Program-made: the position numbers and the translations under genes
Part shown: positions 37,504 to 50,136 of the stretch, one piece after another
Position numbering within the stretch: the first letter of the stretch is position 1
How the letters are laid out: the number at the start of each line of letters is the position of its first letter
Origin: Podarcis erhardii
Lineage: Eukaryota
NCBI GenBank assembly: GCA_964252035.1
Contig: OZ176202.1
DNA length: 64,000 nt
Direction: 5' to 3' (one strand)
The notes under the pieces: generated by a model
What the model was told of the DNA's origin: nothing
Database searches by the model: none
The model's input: the letters and a program-made list of their open reading frames with translations, nothing else

Positions 37504-38039
37504 TGTCAGGGACAGGGCAGAGGAGAAATGGTGGAGACGGCCTCCGCATCCTGACCCTTCCAGGAAGGAGGAAGAGGAAGACAGTATAGATTTGCAACAG
37601 GGGTTTGAGGAAGGTCACAGCTCAGAGGCAGATGAGGGGGAAAGTTGGGAAATCATGGGAGAGCCAGAGCAGCTGACTGACACGTTGTCATTAGAAAGCA
37701 TTCCAGAACCACCATCTCTCAGAACCTGGTGGGCCTTAAAAGTAGGAGAGCAAAGAGCTCAAAGACAGAGGGGACTTAGCAGCACCCATAGAGGAGGTGA
37801 TGAGAATGATGAATGAGGAAGTGGGAGAGATGGGAGGTGGAGATTCACTTGGGACAACGCCATTATCCAATAGGCTGGGTTCTACAGCCTCTCTCTGTAA
37901 AGATTGAAATAAAAAAGGACTGTAAGAAACTTTTCCTTGTCTTTATACTTTCCTGGGCAACCAGCTGGGAGCCGCTGACATCATCCTGACAGTCCTCTGG
38001 AGTTGTTGCCAGTGTGGAGCCTCTTACAGAATCCTGACA
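37504..38039 (+). mobile_element. Solo LTR (536 bp) of an LTR retrotransposon/ERV
   Basis: TG...CA ends with the inverted repeat TGTCAGG / CCTGACA. 5-bp TSD ACATC / ACGTC (one CpG transition). CCAAT ~37866, AATAAA 37908-37913. A second copy lies at 58693-59210. Confidence 0.9.
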
Positions 38040-38879
38040 ACGTCTGCTTTGGGTGATGTGGCCTGCATGACAAAAGGACAAGGGACTTCATGGTCTAACA
38101 AATGAATGAACCAAGACTATCCATTTTTGCTTTTGATGCCTAAATTATTTTGGGTATCCAAGGTTGCAGCTCTGATAGCCCAATGGGTTGTCCATGTCTG
38201 CAATGGAATATTTTCTTCCTGTTCTCTCCAGACCTCTCTGCAGTGCTGTGCAACTGTAGCTTTTGGGGGCTGCTCATATAATTCAGCAGTGGGGAACCCC
38301 AACCCCAAATGTGGCCCCCTAACCTCTCTGTCTGGCCTTGGACTCTCCCTGGACCACACACCCTCCTTCCCCCCTTCTCCTCAGACCTACTCTGTGCCCT
38401 CCTCAAATGCCGCCATTGCTTGGCTGGAATGTGTCATTGAATGGTGCTTATTCCTCTTGCTATGCTTGCATGGAGGACAGAGGTATGTGTATGTGGGTAG
38501 AAACACTGGAATGCAGCCTACTGTAGAAGGATCAGAGTCAGGCCTGTCGCACCACTCTCTTTATCTCTGGTCCTGCCCACCACTAGTCTGCAACCCCCTA
38601 CAAGGTTGTTCATAAGGGAATGCGACTGACAAAAGCTCCCTCTTATATTCCCCTCTTCATCTTTAGTTTTCCCTGGGATAGCATCTGAATGGAGTGAAGC
38701 TGCACGTCCCACTGAAACACAGATATATTGTTCCTAACCCACCCATGCATCTGGAACAGTATCGAGATCATTTTCTCATTTCACACGGAGTACAGAAATG
38801 TTTTGGACACTTAATTCCAAAATAATATATGGAGCTAGGGAAATTAGTTTAAATCATGGAGGTTTGCAATTGCCAAGAG

Positions 38880-39070
38880 CAGAAGAGAAAGGTTTACTGT
38901 TCTAAAGGACATCGGTTATACGACAGTAATTAAACCCTGATCAGCTTTCAGAGTTTGCTCTCACTTGTTAATTCACTAATTCAAGCTTGTTTGGTGACAG
39001 TGTAAGGCTGTAGCTTGTTATTAAGTAACCACACCTTGCTTTGAAACTCATTAAACTCATTCAGTTTGCC
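38880..39070. promoter_or_regulatory. Candidate homeodomain-bound enhancer block
   Basis: TAATTA 38927-38932, TTAATT 38968-38973, CTAATT 38976-38981, TALE site TGACAG 38995-39000. Motif inference only. Confidence 0.25.
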
Positions 39071-39157
39071 TTTAGAATGTATATATTTTCAAGGGGAATT
39101 TCTCGAGGAACACTTGAAATGAACATACTTTAACTAAAAACAAATGTAGCAGTTCAG

Positions 39158-39630
39158 CATAGGCGCCGACTCCATGGGGCCTGAGGGGGCCCGAGCCCCC
39201 TCAAAAATTCGTTTGGGGGGGGCTCCGCCCCCCCAATAATTTAAGAAAATTATTAGTTATATTATGCTTTGTAAAATCACAAAATTATGTTGGTATTTTT
39301 TATTTTCCTTGTTTGACGATAGTTACCTTTTAAAATACATTCAGTAATGAGTTAAAACAAAGCCACTCCCGATCTAGAGAGGGGGTGGGGTTGCGGGCTC
39401 TCGACCCATCAACAATCTCGCTGACATCAGCCCCGCGAGAAGCGGGGATTCCCCCTAGCTCATTAATATTCACCGCCCACGGTGGCAGCCAATCAGCTGC
39501 CGCAAAGGGCGGGCCCTCACAGGTTCACTTAAGGTCAGGGCAGCCCGGGGCTCACCCCTTTCGTTCCCCCAGCAGCAGCGGTTTGGAGGTCTTGGCCCCC
39601 CCCAATATTTTTTATAAGTCGGCGCCCCTG
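39158..39630. mobile_element. Young CpG-rich hAT-superfamily MITE (473 bp)
   Basis: TIR CATAGGCGCCGACT versus reverse complement CAGGGGCGCCGACT (12/14). Perfect 8-bp TSD CAGTTCAG (39150-39157, 39631-39638). Confidence 0.92.
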
Positions 39631-42617
39631 CAGTTCAGGTTGGTATGTTTAAGCAGCAGTAATGAAAGCTGTGCTGAAAAATATGTCCCACCCTGATTTC
39701 AGGTGTCCAACAACTTCTCCCATGGGACTTCTGCAGATCAGCAAGTATAGGTAGGCAGGAAGACTGCTTAATAGAAAGAAGACTCACATACTGTATCTCC
39801 TCCAGCCTATTGCAATGATATGCTCAACCTCACACCCACTGTAATTTTACAGGGAGGGTGATATACTTCTGGAGGGAGCAGGTACATAGTTTGGAGATAC
39901 CGTGCAGCCAACATTTTCACTTGAAGTTTAATCCTTTTTTCCATCAACTTCCCTCCACTCTGCCCCCATAAAACTAACAAACCACACTATAGGGCATGCC
40001 CCTCTTCTTACTAGATTTGTCAGTTTAAATACATCTATTTTGGGTGAGGGGAGGACACTAAATATTATTTCTGGCAGCTTCCTTAAAGTTGGTATTATAG
40101 TCAGCATTTGCATCAAGCCAACGGAAAAGGTAGTTAGACGACTAACTGTTCCAGGGAAAGATGCATATTGTGAATAGTTTAAAAGCATGTCTATTTAAGG
40201 TGAAAAATTTCATCATGCAGAACCCTCTTTAAATACCACAGCTAACAAGCAATAATAATTTTAAAAAGCAGAGTGCCTGTTCAGTATCTTATTCTCGCTA
40301 TGGACAGTCACTTCACAGACTGTGAAAAACATAGGCACACACCTAAATGGATCAATAATGTTTCTCCTACGTCATGAGGTCACATGTTGACCCCATTTAC
40401 ACTCTGCGTATAGACTTCAGCAAAGCAGGCCAAATATATTTTGCTTCCCAGAATGAAAGACAGGATAGCGACACACACAAGACCAGACACACACATTCCT
40501 CATACAGAAGCTGGCTAGGCTGGTAGTGAAATGTTACTTCAACAGTGGCAACAGGACAGCACCCTCCATTGCACCCAAAGTTTGCAGGCTACCTCAATGG
40601 GTGCAGGGCAGAAGCATGGCACACACACAGCTCTATTCTCCAATAGAGGGGGACAGCCAAGTAGAAATGGTTGGGGGAGGGCTGCCACCACTGCCACACA
40701 CACACACCCCACGCTTCAGCACCCTGAACTAAGATTCTCACTATGCCTAATGCAGTGCTTGCCCTGTGACCCATACCTGGCTTTAAGTCAGCCACTGTTA
40801 AAAAAGACATGATAATACAAACATATGCAGTGACTCCTGCATCGCCAGGGAGCTGGGCTTGATGGTCCTTGGGGTCTTTCTATAGTGTTTTTCTATAGTG
40901 ATTAATTCGTATAACGTAAGCCCATGGAATCTGTAACCCACCAAAGAGAAGATAGCCCACCAGCCATGTATTATAGCCTTCACAGGACTGCCTTGTTTGC
41001 ACAGCTCCAACAGAAGAGCCACCAGTTTTGCAGACCTGTTGCAGTATGTGAAAGAGCCACACACCCAGACAGTGTAGAAGTCCTTCCAAGACCAAGGAGA
41101 ATGAATTTTGTAAAGGTTTTGGCTACTAGCATCACTCAGTACAGACTCTGTGCATGGCAGTAACGTTTCCTGTTTGTCTGTTTCCAGATTTGCATTCTGA
41201 ACATTTTTATGAACCGGATCTGAAGCACATATGTGACCCTTTGAGCAGATTGCAGCCCACAAAGCATTTGTGGTGGATCACCAGAGACCGGCTGAATCAG
41301 TCTCTTTGTTTTTTGTTTCCTTGCCTGCCGGAAACTGCAGATCAAGCAGGAGAGGGTGTGAAGCACCTGGAAGACCACAATGGGTGGTAGATTCCTTCAG
41401 CTTGATAGGTCACATGCCATGCAGGGCTGGTTTTTTAAAAAAAACTATTATAAAAGGGAACTTGATCTAAGGAGTTAGATGTCTTTTGGGTGTATGAAAG
41501 CGAAAACAGTCGATCAAGACAATATATACAAAGAAATGTTATTATTATTATCACCCTATGTGCGATATGGTATCGCCACCTGGTGTGCCTTGCACTTTTG
41601 ATGTTACTGAATTCTGTTCTTGGTGTGGTACCCACTCTTTTGGCATGGATTGTTTCACAATTACTTTTCATGACTGTAAATTGAAAGCAATACCCAAAGG
41701 GGCAAATATTTTCCCAGAAGCATTTCTTTCCCAATGCTTGATTGCATGCCTCTGAAAGATTCAATTATTTCTTCACTAAATGCATTTCACATGACATCAG
41801 ACCACCTAAAGAAATGTTAAGTTGCAGCTATTTTTCCTGTAGAAATTTCCATTCACGGAGGGCTATGTGCGCTTATTCTGCCCCTTGTGTTAACTTCAAA
41901 CTAGAGATGACCTCTGAAAAAATGTTGCTCATTTTTGTTTGGGGATTAATCTGGTATCATTTCATTTTCCTCCTGAAATGCACATTGGCCCAGTTCTCCG
42001 GGCTACACATATGATAGGGGTGGTTCACATTTTAAAGTGAAATATGTTTTCAGTCTTCCAAAGGTCTGTGTTTTCTGGCAATGCAACATTTCTGTGAAGA
42101 TGCTCTTACAGAAACGTTCAAGCACAATGACTAAGATGCCACAAAAACAACATTGATTTAATGACAGCAATTGATTTAGTATTCAAACTGCTTGGGAAAA
42201 CCAGTATTGATCATGTATAAGCTAGTAGGAACAAACCGTTATTGTGACAAATCATCATTAGTATTCTTATTTCCTAAAGTAATTTCTATTTAGGGATCAC
42301 ATTTTATTTCATCAGTATACTTGGGAGATGAACTCAATATTTACAGCAAAATCTATTGTGTGCAGTTTAGCTGAGCTGAATGAATGAACTCTTAACAATA
42401 TAATAGATTGCTGTGGAAGCAGGGCCATTAATATTTGCAGTACCACAGACCTTTCTGTATTCCTGAACTTTAAACAAAAAAGAGGACAACTGATTAATTC
42501 TCATTATCACTTAAGCTCCCTTCCAGGGTCCTCTCTGTGCATTCAGAAATTGCAAAAAAAGGAAATTGACTATGCTTGCTTCCCCCCATATCCCGTTATA
42601 CTCTGTGGACCCCCTCC

Positions 42618-42807
42618 AGCTAAGCGCATTGGGAGAGCATCTGCTTTGCATGCAACAGGTTCCATGTTCGATCCCTGGCATCTACAGGTAGGGATGGGAG
42701 CATCCCCAGTCTGAAATGCTGGAGAGCCATGGCCAGTCAGTGTAGACAATACTGAACTTGATGGACAAATCATCTGACTTAGTATAAGTCAGTTTCCTGT
42801 GTTTCTA
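42618..42807 (+). mobile_element. tRNA(Ala)-derived SINE with CR1-type 3' tail
   Basis: agagcatctgctttgcatgca...gttcgatccc (B box 42666-42675), then gccagtcagtgtagacaatactgaac..gatggac...tctgacttagtataag.cagtttcct (CR1-like tail). Confidence 0.8.
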
Positions 42808-43067
42808 TCCCTGCTTCCCTGAAAACGCCCCAAGTATTTCCCTCCATCTTTTCAGTTTTCAGATCTCAGCTGGGTAAAAATCAATTAAACTTGTATTGAT
42901 AGATACCACCCTCTATTTTACACGCATGTATGCACGCGTGTGCGCTCGCTTGCATGCACACACACGATTTGGAAGTCATTGTAGCTAAGTCATACTCAGA
43001 GCAGAACCACCAAAATCAATGGATTCCAGTGACTTAATTTCAATGGGTCAATGGGATTTCAACAAGC

Positions 43068-43212
43068 CCTATCTGCAATATACATTTAAAGCAGTATCAT
43101 ACCACTTTAAACAATCATGGCTTCCCCCAAAGAATCCTGGGGACTGAGAGTTATGAGGAGACAAATATTCCTTTCACACAGCTACAATTCCCAGAATGGT
43201 TTAACCATCAAG
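43068..43212. mobile_element. Partial copy of the palindromic ~330-bp MITE at 57345-57670
   Basis: tacatttaaagcagtatcataccactttaaacaatcatggcttcccccaaagaatcctggg is the inverted match to the right arm of the 57345 copy. Confidence 0.75.
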
Positions 43213-43255
43213 CAGGGAACTCTTAAGAAGGGAAAAGGGATCCCTTATCTGTGAA

Positions 43256-43425
43256 GGGAAAGGGGATCCAAGTATAACACCATGTGGGAATTCTACAAAC
43301 ATAGGTTGCGTGTCAATACCCCTCCCCCCCCCAGAAATAAAGACACAGGAGACGTTGATTAAGTTAATTGGGCATGGGAAAGGGGATCCAAGTATAACAC
43401 CATGTGGGAATTCTACAAACATAGG
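43256..43425. repeat. Exact 50-bp direct repeat (43256-43305, 43376-43425) around a 70-bp spacer
   Basis: GGGAAAGGGGATCCAAGTATAACACCATGTGGGAATTCTACAAACATAGG occurs twice with no mismatch. Confidence 0.95.
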
Positions 43426-44529
43426 ATGCTGTTTTACATTATGTCATACAATTGGTCCATCAAGCTGGCACTTCTGCAGTGTCTTGGACAGGAGCTTTTC
43501 CTAATCCAACCTGGAAATGCTTGGAACTGGAACTGAACTGTTCTACAGCAAATAATGTGAACTATCACCTAGTTATGGCTTTCTCTCCTTGTTCTAAATT
43601 AAGATATGCCCAAGTTCCAGCCATGCAATTGTGTACATTAGCGATTATGCAATCTCTTGGGAAGGGGATTCAGGAACTATCAATACTTGTTGTTTTTTCC
43701 TTAACAGGTGAATTTGTGAGCTGCTTCTTCATTCCAAAACAGACATTTTAATGTTTGCACTGAAACCCCTCTTTTAATGTTTTTTGCTGGCTCGGAGGAC
43801 TCTCACTGGAAACAGAATCCAGTAAACCTGATTCTCCATCACCCAATAGTATTTTTTATTTAACTAATAGTATTTAATTGTAAGTGAATGTGAGTACAGC
43901 AAGGCAGTAATAAAATGAAAGCCAGGACTTATAGGTTTCAAGTTAATGACTATTTCACTTTTTCACAAGTGGTGAGACTTTTTAAAGTATATATTTGAGA
44001 TATTAATCACCCCATAACTGTTTAAATTAGACATGGAACATAATTGCAAGAGCCATTTTCCACCAAATTCCAGAAGTACAGTAAAAAAAAAAAAAAAAAA
44101 AGGTTTGTTGAACAACAGCTTTCCTTCCACATTATATTCCATGAAGTTTTACAGTCCTGGTTAGCCAAGTTATATTTTCAGACACACCACAAAAGCCACC
44201 GTTTTCAATTACCATTGGTTTTAGACATATAAAGAAACACGTGGTGAAATAATTAATACCACTGTAATTCCAGAAGTTTCTTTGAACAGAGAAGCTCACT
44301 TATACTAAGTTAGACCACTGGTACATCTAGCTCACTGTTGCATGCACTAGCCTGCCCCAGCCTGGTATTCTCTGAGTGTTTTAAACTCCAACTCTCATCA
44401 GTCCCAGACAGCATTGCGAACAGTCAGAGATGATGAAAGCGTAGTTGGTACTGACTATAGAGAAACAACTGTCTAGAGATTGGTGCCCGAGTTTTGATTT
44501 TGATCTTCCTCTTCCCTCCTCATCCACTT

Positions 44530-44650
44530 CCCCTTGTGTGTTGTGTATGTGTGTGTTTTAGATTGTAAGCCTGCGGGTAGGGAGTGTCTTGTTTTGATTT
44601 TATGTAAGCTGAAGAGTAGGGCACAAATGCTATAAATAAAATTAATAAAA
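44530..44650 (+). mobile_element. L2-type 3' tail remnant
   Basis: ttagattgtaagcctgcgggtaggga...tgtaagc...tataaataaaattaataaa. Confidence 0.55.
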
Positions 44651-46499
44651 CCAAGTTCAGCATTTTGTGAAAATGCACAGAATGTAATAGAAGTCAACAA
44701 GCTGTAGAAGATAGTCAGGGCCGAGGCTAGAATGTAACTAATAAACAGTTTTCTTCGGAAGAAAAAGCTACTCTAGAACAATTATAGGATGAAAAGACTG
44801 CAAATAAATGGTGACAGAATGAGTATTTGCACAAAGTTACAACATAATGCTTGGGCTTCCAGTATCCCAATTATAGGACAATGGTACACAGTTAGTTCTA
44901 GTCAGGATAATTAATAAAGAGCCTAGCATTGGAGAAAGTTACAAAGGAATATGCAGAAAGTTACAAAGGAATACATTAGGGTTACAGGCTTCCCTTTTCT
45001 CTTTTATTGAAGAAGAACAGGGTATTTTAATGCCACCTTCAACACAGAGGTGTCTGTGAAGGGGATATATTCATTGAAAATGTAATGTATTGTAAATGTA
45101 TTGTAATTTTTGAATAAATTTTTTTTTTTCCAAAAGGGGGTTGGTTTTACAGGTTAAAATCATCCGTAGCAACTGCTTGTGAGTGGAGGGGAAAGGTGGG
45201 CTGTTGTTGGGTTTGTGATGGTCTACTGAACCATAATCACAAAGGTGTTGTGCTAAAAATGGCTTGGAGGGTCTTAGACCCCTCTCCTTTTCATATTTCA
45301 CAGCACTGATGAGATCCATGTAGGACATGGTTGGGTGGTATATTGAATGGTAATTTCACTGGCGCCATGCTTTAAAATATCCATTGACTGAGGGACAAAG
45401 CTGATGAGATGTTACTCATTCAATTAACAGAAATGGCCTTTTCAAAGTAAGCAGTAGGCATAGGGGTATCTAGATCTGCAGTGGGGAATGATGTGTTAAA
45501 GTCCCCTATACACCACACCAGGATCTTGATCCAGATCAGGGCACATGCGCTTACTAAAAAAGAAGAAGAAAGCAATTCCCCAATTGTTATTTGTGTAAAT
45601 GGTGTCTTATTCATTTTGGTGCTCCATGTCTTTCCCTGATTTCTTAGTGTATCTCTTATAGGCAAATGAAAATAAAGGCAAAGATAGTACAGAAAGGCAT
45701 CAAAATCCATCTCCGAGTTTGGTGGCTCTCCGAATATGCACTGGATAATAGATAAAGCTTTCCTGCACCCCAAAGGCATCAAACGATGGTAGCAGCAATG
45801 TATCAATTCATTTCAATATATCAGCATCAATTTTCAGTGTCCAAAACCAAGAAAATGGAGGGTCTGCATCAAAATGAGAAAAAACTCCCTAAACACACCA
45901 AAAGTTCAAAGCCTCAAAACGGATACTGTGCAGGAAGAAAGTGCATTCTACGTGATATTTCCAATGTGTTATGGTGGTGTTTTTTTTGTCTTCTTTGGGG
46001 CAAGAAGATCTGATTTCATTATCTTGCTTCACTATCTTGTAGAAGCAGAACATTCAGGACCCTCCTTTCCAAACTACCCATGACCTTTTCAGCACATCTC
46101 CAACAGGGAAGACTTTCCAGTTGAGAATTTGTAAGTTAGACTGCTCTAGCAACCACTAAATTGTTGGCTGGACTGACCTAAGCAAGGGGTGTTCCCAGCC
46201 TTGGGATGTGATTTCTTCTAACCTCAAAAGAATAATAAACTTTCCAAAACACAGCTGTATGCAATATTCCTGCAAAGGAGGAACTGAAAGGGAGCATCTG
46301 TTGTGTCCTCTTCACCCAGGGTGACAAAACAAGCAAAGAATGTGGATTAGAAACAATTTATTCCAGTTTTTTTGAACTCTTAAAGTTAAAAAACAAATTC
46401 ACCTTTTCTCTGCTGCAAAGCAACACACTCCTTGCCTGCCAGCAATTTGTTTAGTGAACTGTAAAAGTTGCTTATGACATGGACTGGCAGAATCTAACA

Positions 46500-46717
46500 C
46501 AGTGGTTCCTAAACCATTTCTCCCCTACTTTAAAATTGCTGGTAGTCATGGCAAACACTTAAAGGTTTTTTCCTGTCTTTTAATGCACTGTGCTAGATGT
46601 TGTATGATTATTTTGTTGCTGCTTCCTTTATTTTTTGTATTATATTATATTTTATTACAATTTGAGTGAAGCTAACAGACCACTGGTGGTCCATGGACCA
46701 GAGTTTGGAAACCTCTT
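46500..46717. mobile_element. Old hAT (Charlie-like) MITE
   Basis: CAGTGGTTCCTAAAC...GTTTGGAAACCTCT, with degenerate 8-bp TSD ATCTAACA / TTCTAGCA. Confidence 0.6.
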
Positions 46718-49700
46718 TTCTAGCAGGTTACTTGTAATGCTTATTACAATGAATAATGATGGTTAATTGTGCAAATCAGGCAATTTTGTTCACAGATATG
46801 AAGAGTAAACAAAAACAGAGAAAAGAATCCAATCCTGTAGTGGCATGAAGAAAACTGCTCAGTGAATGTGAGCTAGCTGGTGCTCAAGAAATCACCAACC
46901 ACAGGGAAGGATTTCAGTGGTCTCAAGTCGGACATATCTTGTATAGTCATCTTAAGATCCACTCACTTCAGTGGAATTTGCTTCTAAGTTGCTACCATTA
47001 GCAGCACAGCCTAAGTGATATTAATCAGATATCCCTGAGAAATTTGATAACCAGAGGTAAATATGTTGTGTCTCCTACAAAAGATAGCATCTCCAACAGT
47101 AACTCAATAGAAGAATTAAACCATCAAAGTAATTTCCTGCACTGATCTGCGTTGATGGATGAAATTCTAGCCCTGCCTAATATCACTTGTTTACTTTTAG
47201 GATTTGGGGTGATATTTATTACATACTCAGTGTTGCTCTTTTTGCTCTTTTCCATTTATCAGTTTCCTCATGAAGAAATGAGATGTTAAAAATTATCCCC
47301 AAAGTTTTATAACTTGCCTTAGATCAAAAAGTGAGGCAAACAGCGCTGAGAAATTAAACACAGATTTCCTGAGCTCATTCTATGGTTTCAAAAAAGAATC
47401 ACACACAGCCCTTAAGAGCATAGCTTGCTATTTTGTTAAGCCTTGATGGTATGTACGCTACTGAATTAGACACAGGCAGCCTCAAACTCACAAAGGAAAT
47501 GGATGAGACTTTATTTGCTGAGAGAAAAGATTTTATTAACAACCTCCAAAACAGCAGAAAACAAATGTGTTCCAGTTGATAGAGTTGGCCTAGTAAGTAG
47601 AGCTTGATCACCAAGGTCTCATTAGCAGCTTCATCCAATAGCATCCAAGACCTAAAGTGTTGGCTCATCACAATGGCTGCATACCAGCAATACACACAAA
47701 CACACACCTGCTGGATCCTGCCTGTAACTCTGTTATTGTCTTTTCAACTATACTACCTGCTTCACGGCTACCTGTTATATCACTCAATCTGCACTACAAA
47801 TGAACAGGAACTAATTCCAGGAGGTTTGTTCTAGTGCTGTGCCAAATGCTGTCCTGGAATTTCTCAAAAGATTTCTTCCCCTACAAAAGTCTCCTATATT
47901 TCTCCCTTATTCTCATGGATTTTGAATTTGTTTCACATTTCTCCAGAATTTTGGTGAGCACAGGGTTGAGCTTCCTTCATCACTGTGAGGTGGTCAGGGC
48001 TGATGTCTGTGTGTGTTTTTCCAGCATCGTGTTGCCACCCTGGCTGCCTATGAAAAAGCCCCACGAGAGAATTGTTTCATAATATCTTCCTCTGAGCTTT
48101 AACTGAAGCACAGGAAACCAAAACTGGCTACCGAATGTCTGTTTTGGTTCACCAATTTTGTTTAAGGAAAGTTCTCCCCTTTCCCTCTTAAAAATATATA
48201 CCCCTTTCTTTAAAAGTAAAACAAGAGAGTCACTTAAAAATAACACATACCTGTCCGTTTCCCTGTGCTTACAGAAAAGCCCAGCTGAGGATGTCATAGG
48301 CTTTTCAGGAAAGATGGGAACTGAGGCAGGCTACAGAGTTCAGACCACTGCAGAGATAATTGGTAGAATGAAAGAAAGGACGCTTGCGAACAACACTCCA
48401 CCATCTTGAAAGGAAGGTGAGTGCAACAAGAAGCCCACATCCCAGAGGGCTCTTCCATACTTCTTTAGTCTTCAAGACAGCTTTGCCCTGTGGGTGCCTG
48501 TGGGAGCAGACCTCTCCAGCTGTAGTGGTGGTGGGGAAAATCCTCTTTTTTAAAAGTCAAGTTAGATGGCAAGATTTGACTACTGATCTGACAAAAATGT
48601 TCTTTCTATGAAAGTGTAGAATTCAGCAGAACCTTATTCTGAAGCATTTTTTGGAGTTACCTATTTACTTATTTTTGCGTACCCCACACCTTATCTGGCA
48701 CCAAATCAATTAACTCAGTTCATTGTGGATTTGGATTCCATTTAAAGGATTGTGACAACATTCCTCAAAGTGTTTCTTTACAATAATTCTGGCTCATCGC
48801 TGTGATAACTCATCCTCCCCACTGCCCCAGCATATGATGCTAACTAAAGAGGAAGAGAACACACTCTACAGACCAAAATGCGGCATCTTGATTGACCATA
48901 AGCTTTTGCAGTAAGGTGCTAAGGTGCTTCTTTAGTTCATGCCAACCCACCCAAACCTCCAGGCCTGATTCTAATCACTGTGATAGGAAGTGGCTGTTTT
49001 CCATGGAGAATGGTGATAGCCTGAAGATAAGAACAACAACAAAAATGCAAAGAATGTATGGAAACAAAAAAAAATGGCTTCCTTTTTTACCTCTTTTTAT
49101 CTATGCTTAATGCAGCTAGAGTGTGGGAACAGAAAAAGCACGCAGGCAATTTTTTTAAAGCAGGAAATTCCATCTTTAATAAATCTCATTTAAGGATTTG
49201 ATGGACACATAATTCTTTTTGTAAGTATGTGATAGTGCTACTATAATGTCAAAGGAGAGCGCTGAGCTTTTACCAGAGATCTAAGGTCAATCTGCTTGCT
49301 GTCTTTCCATGTGTCTCTCCAACACTCAATCATAAAGCCAAAATGTTTATATTTAAACAAGAATTCCTAGAGCAGGATATTGAGGTCACAAGACTAAGGA
49401 GAGATTGACAAGACTTTGTGTAACAAAGAAATGAAATTCTCACCAGTAATGTGCTTAAGTGCATTGGGATTCCTGTTGCCCCTCAGTTCCTCAAACAAAA
49501 AGTGCAGCAGAGAAATGGGCCAATCCTGAAGGGGTTCTTGCCTTCTCAGTGGGGAATGTTCCTAAGGTAAATTGACTTTTGCACATTAGAACAACTTGAG
49601 TTGCTCCAAAGTTAATGAAATTAATTAGCCATTTGTTTTGAACAAGTAAGTAATAAAAACAACAACAACACAACCTGGATGGCCTCTTTTGATAAGCATA

Positions 49701-49987
49701 GTAATCAGCCCTGTCCCCAGCGCCAGAAAGCAAAGTTCAAAACCGACCCTACTCTGGTATTAATGGGAGATTGCCTCAGCATGTCATACAGATGGACTGG
49801 AATTGATGTTTAGGATCACGGTTATAAACCTTCTGACCCTAAAATATTTCCTCACAAAATGTAGCAGTGTTGGATTATTGGTTATTATTACATTACTACT
49901 TAGTAATAAAATTTAAACTTATTGTTAACAGCAGTGTAAATTCCATTTAAAGTATTAAAACAAGGTGGGAGGGTGAGAGAAAGAATC

Positions 49988-50080
49988 TAACCTACCTCAC
50001 AGGATTGTTGTGAGGATTAAATAAGGAGAACTATGCATACCACCTTGAATTCCTCAGAGAAAAAGGTGAAATATAAAATG
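49988..50080 (+). mobile_element. MIR/CORE-SINE 3' remnant
   Basis: acctacctcacaggattgttgtgaggattaaata matches the MIR core. Confidence 0.65.
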
Positions 50081-50090
50081 CTATGTAGAT

Positions 50091-50093
<3 letters not shown>

Positions 50094-50134
<41 letters not shown>
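50094..50134. repeat. (CA)n microsatellite
   Basis: About 20 units. Confidence 0.95.

Positions 50135-50136
<2 letters not shown>

Noticed and set aside
38106-38615. 169-aa ORF beside the solo LTR
   Set aside because: No gag, pol or env motifs and no primer-binding site; the LTR has its own TSD, so this is flanking DNA.
40798-41390. Several overlapping ORFs up to 154 aa
   Set aside because: No recognisable protein; open frames on both strands suggest a compositional effect.
43256-43425. Repeat-spacer-repeat superficially like a CRISPR unit
   Set aside because: Vertebrate context, only two repeats, 50/70-bp geometry and no cas genes.
43690-43713. Plus-strand strong acceptor followed by GTGAAT
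   Set aside because: The regenerated donor lacks the +5 G, too weak to call a recursive site.
45397-45443. CTGATGA...GAAA resembling a hammerhead
   Set aside because: Stem II is out of register and no UH cleavage triplet precedes the would-be stem I strand. Similar partial hits near 17692, 37331 and 52567 also fail.
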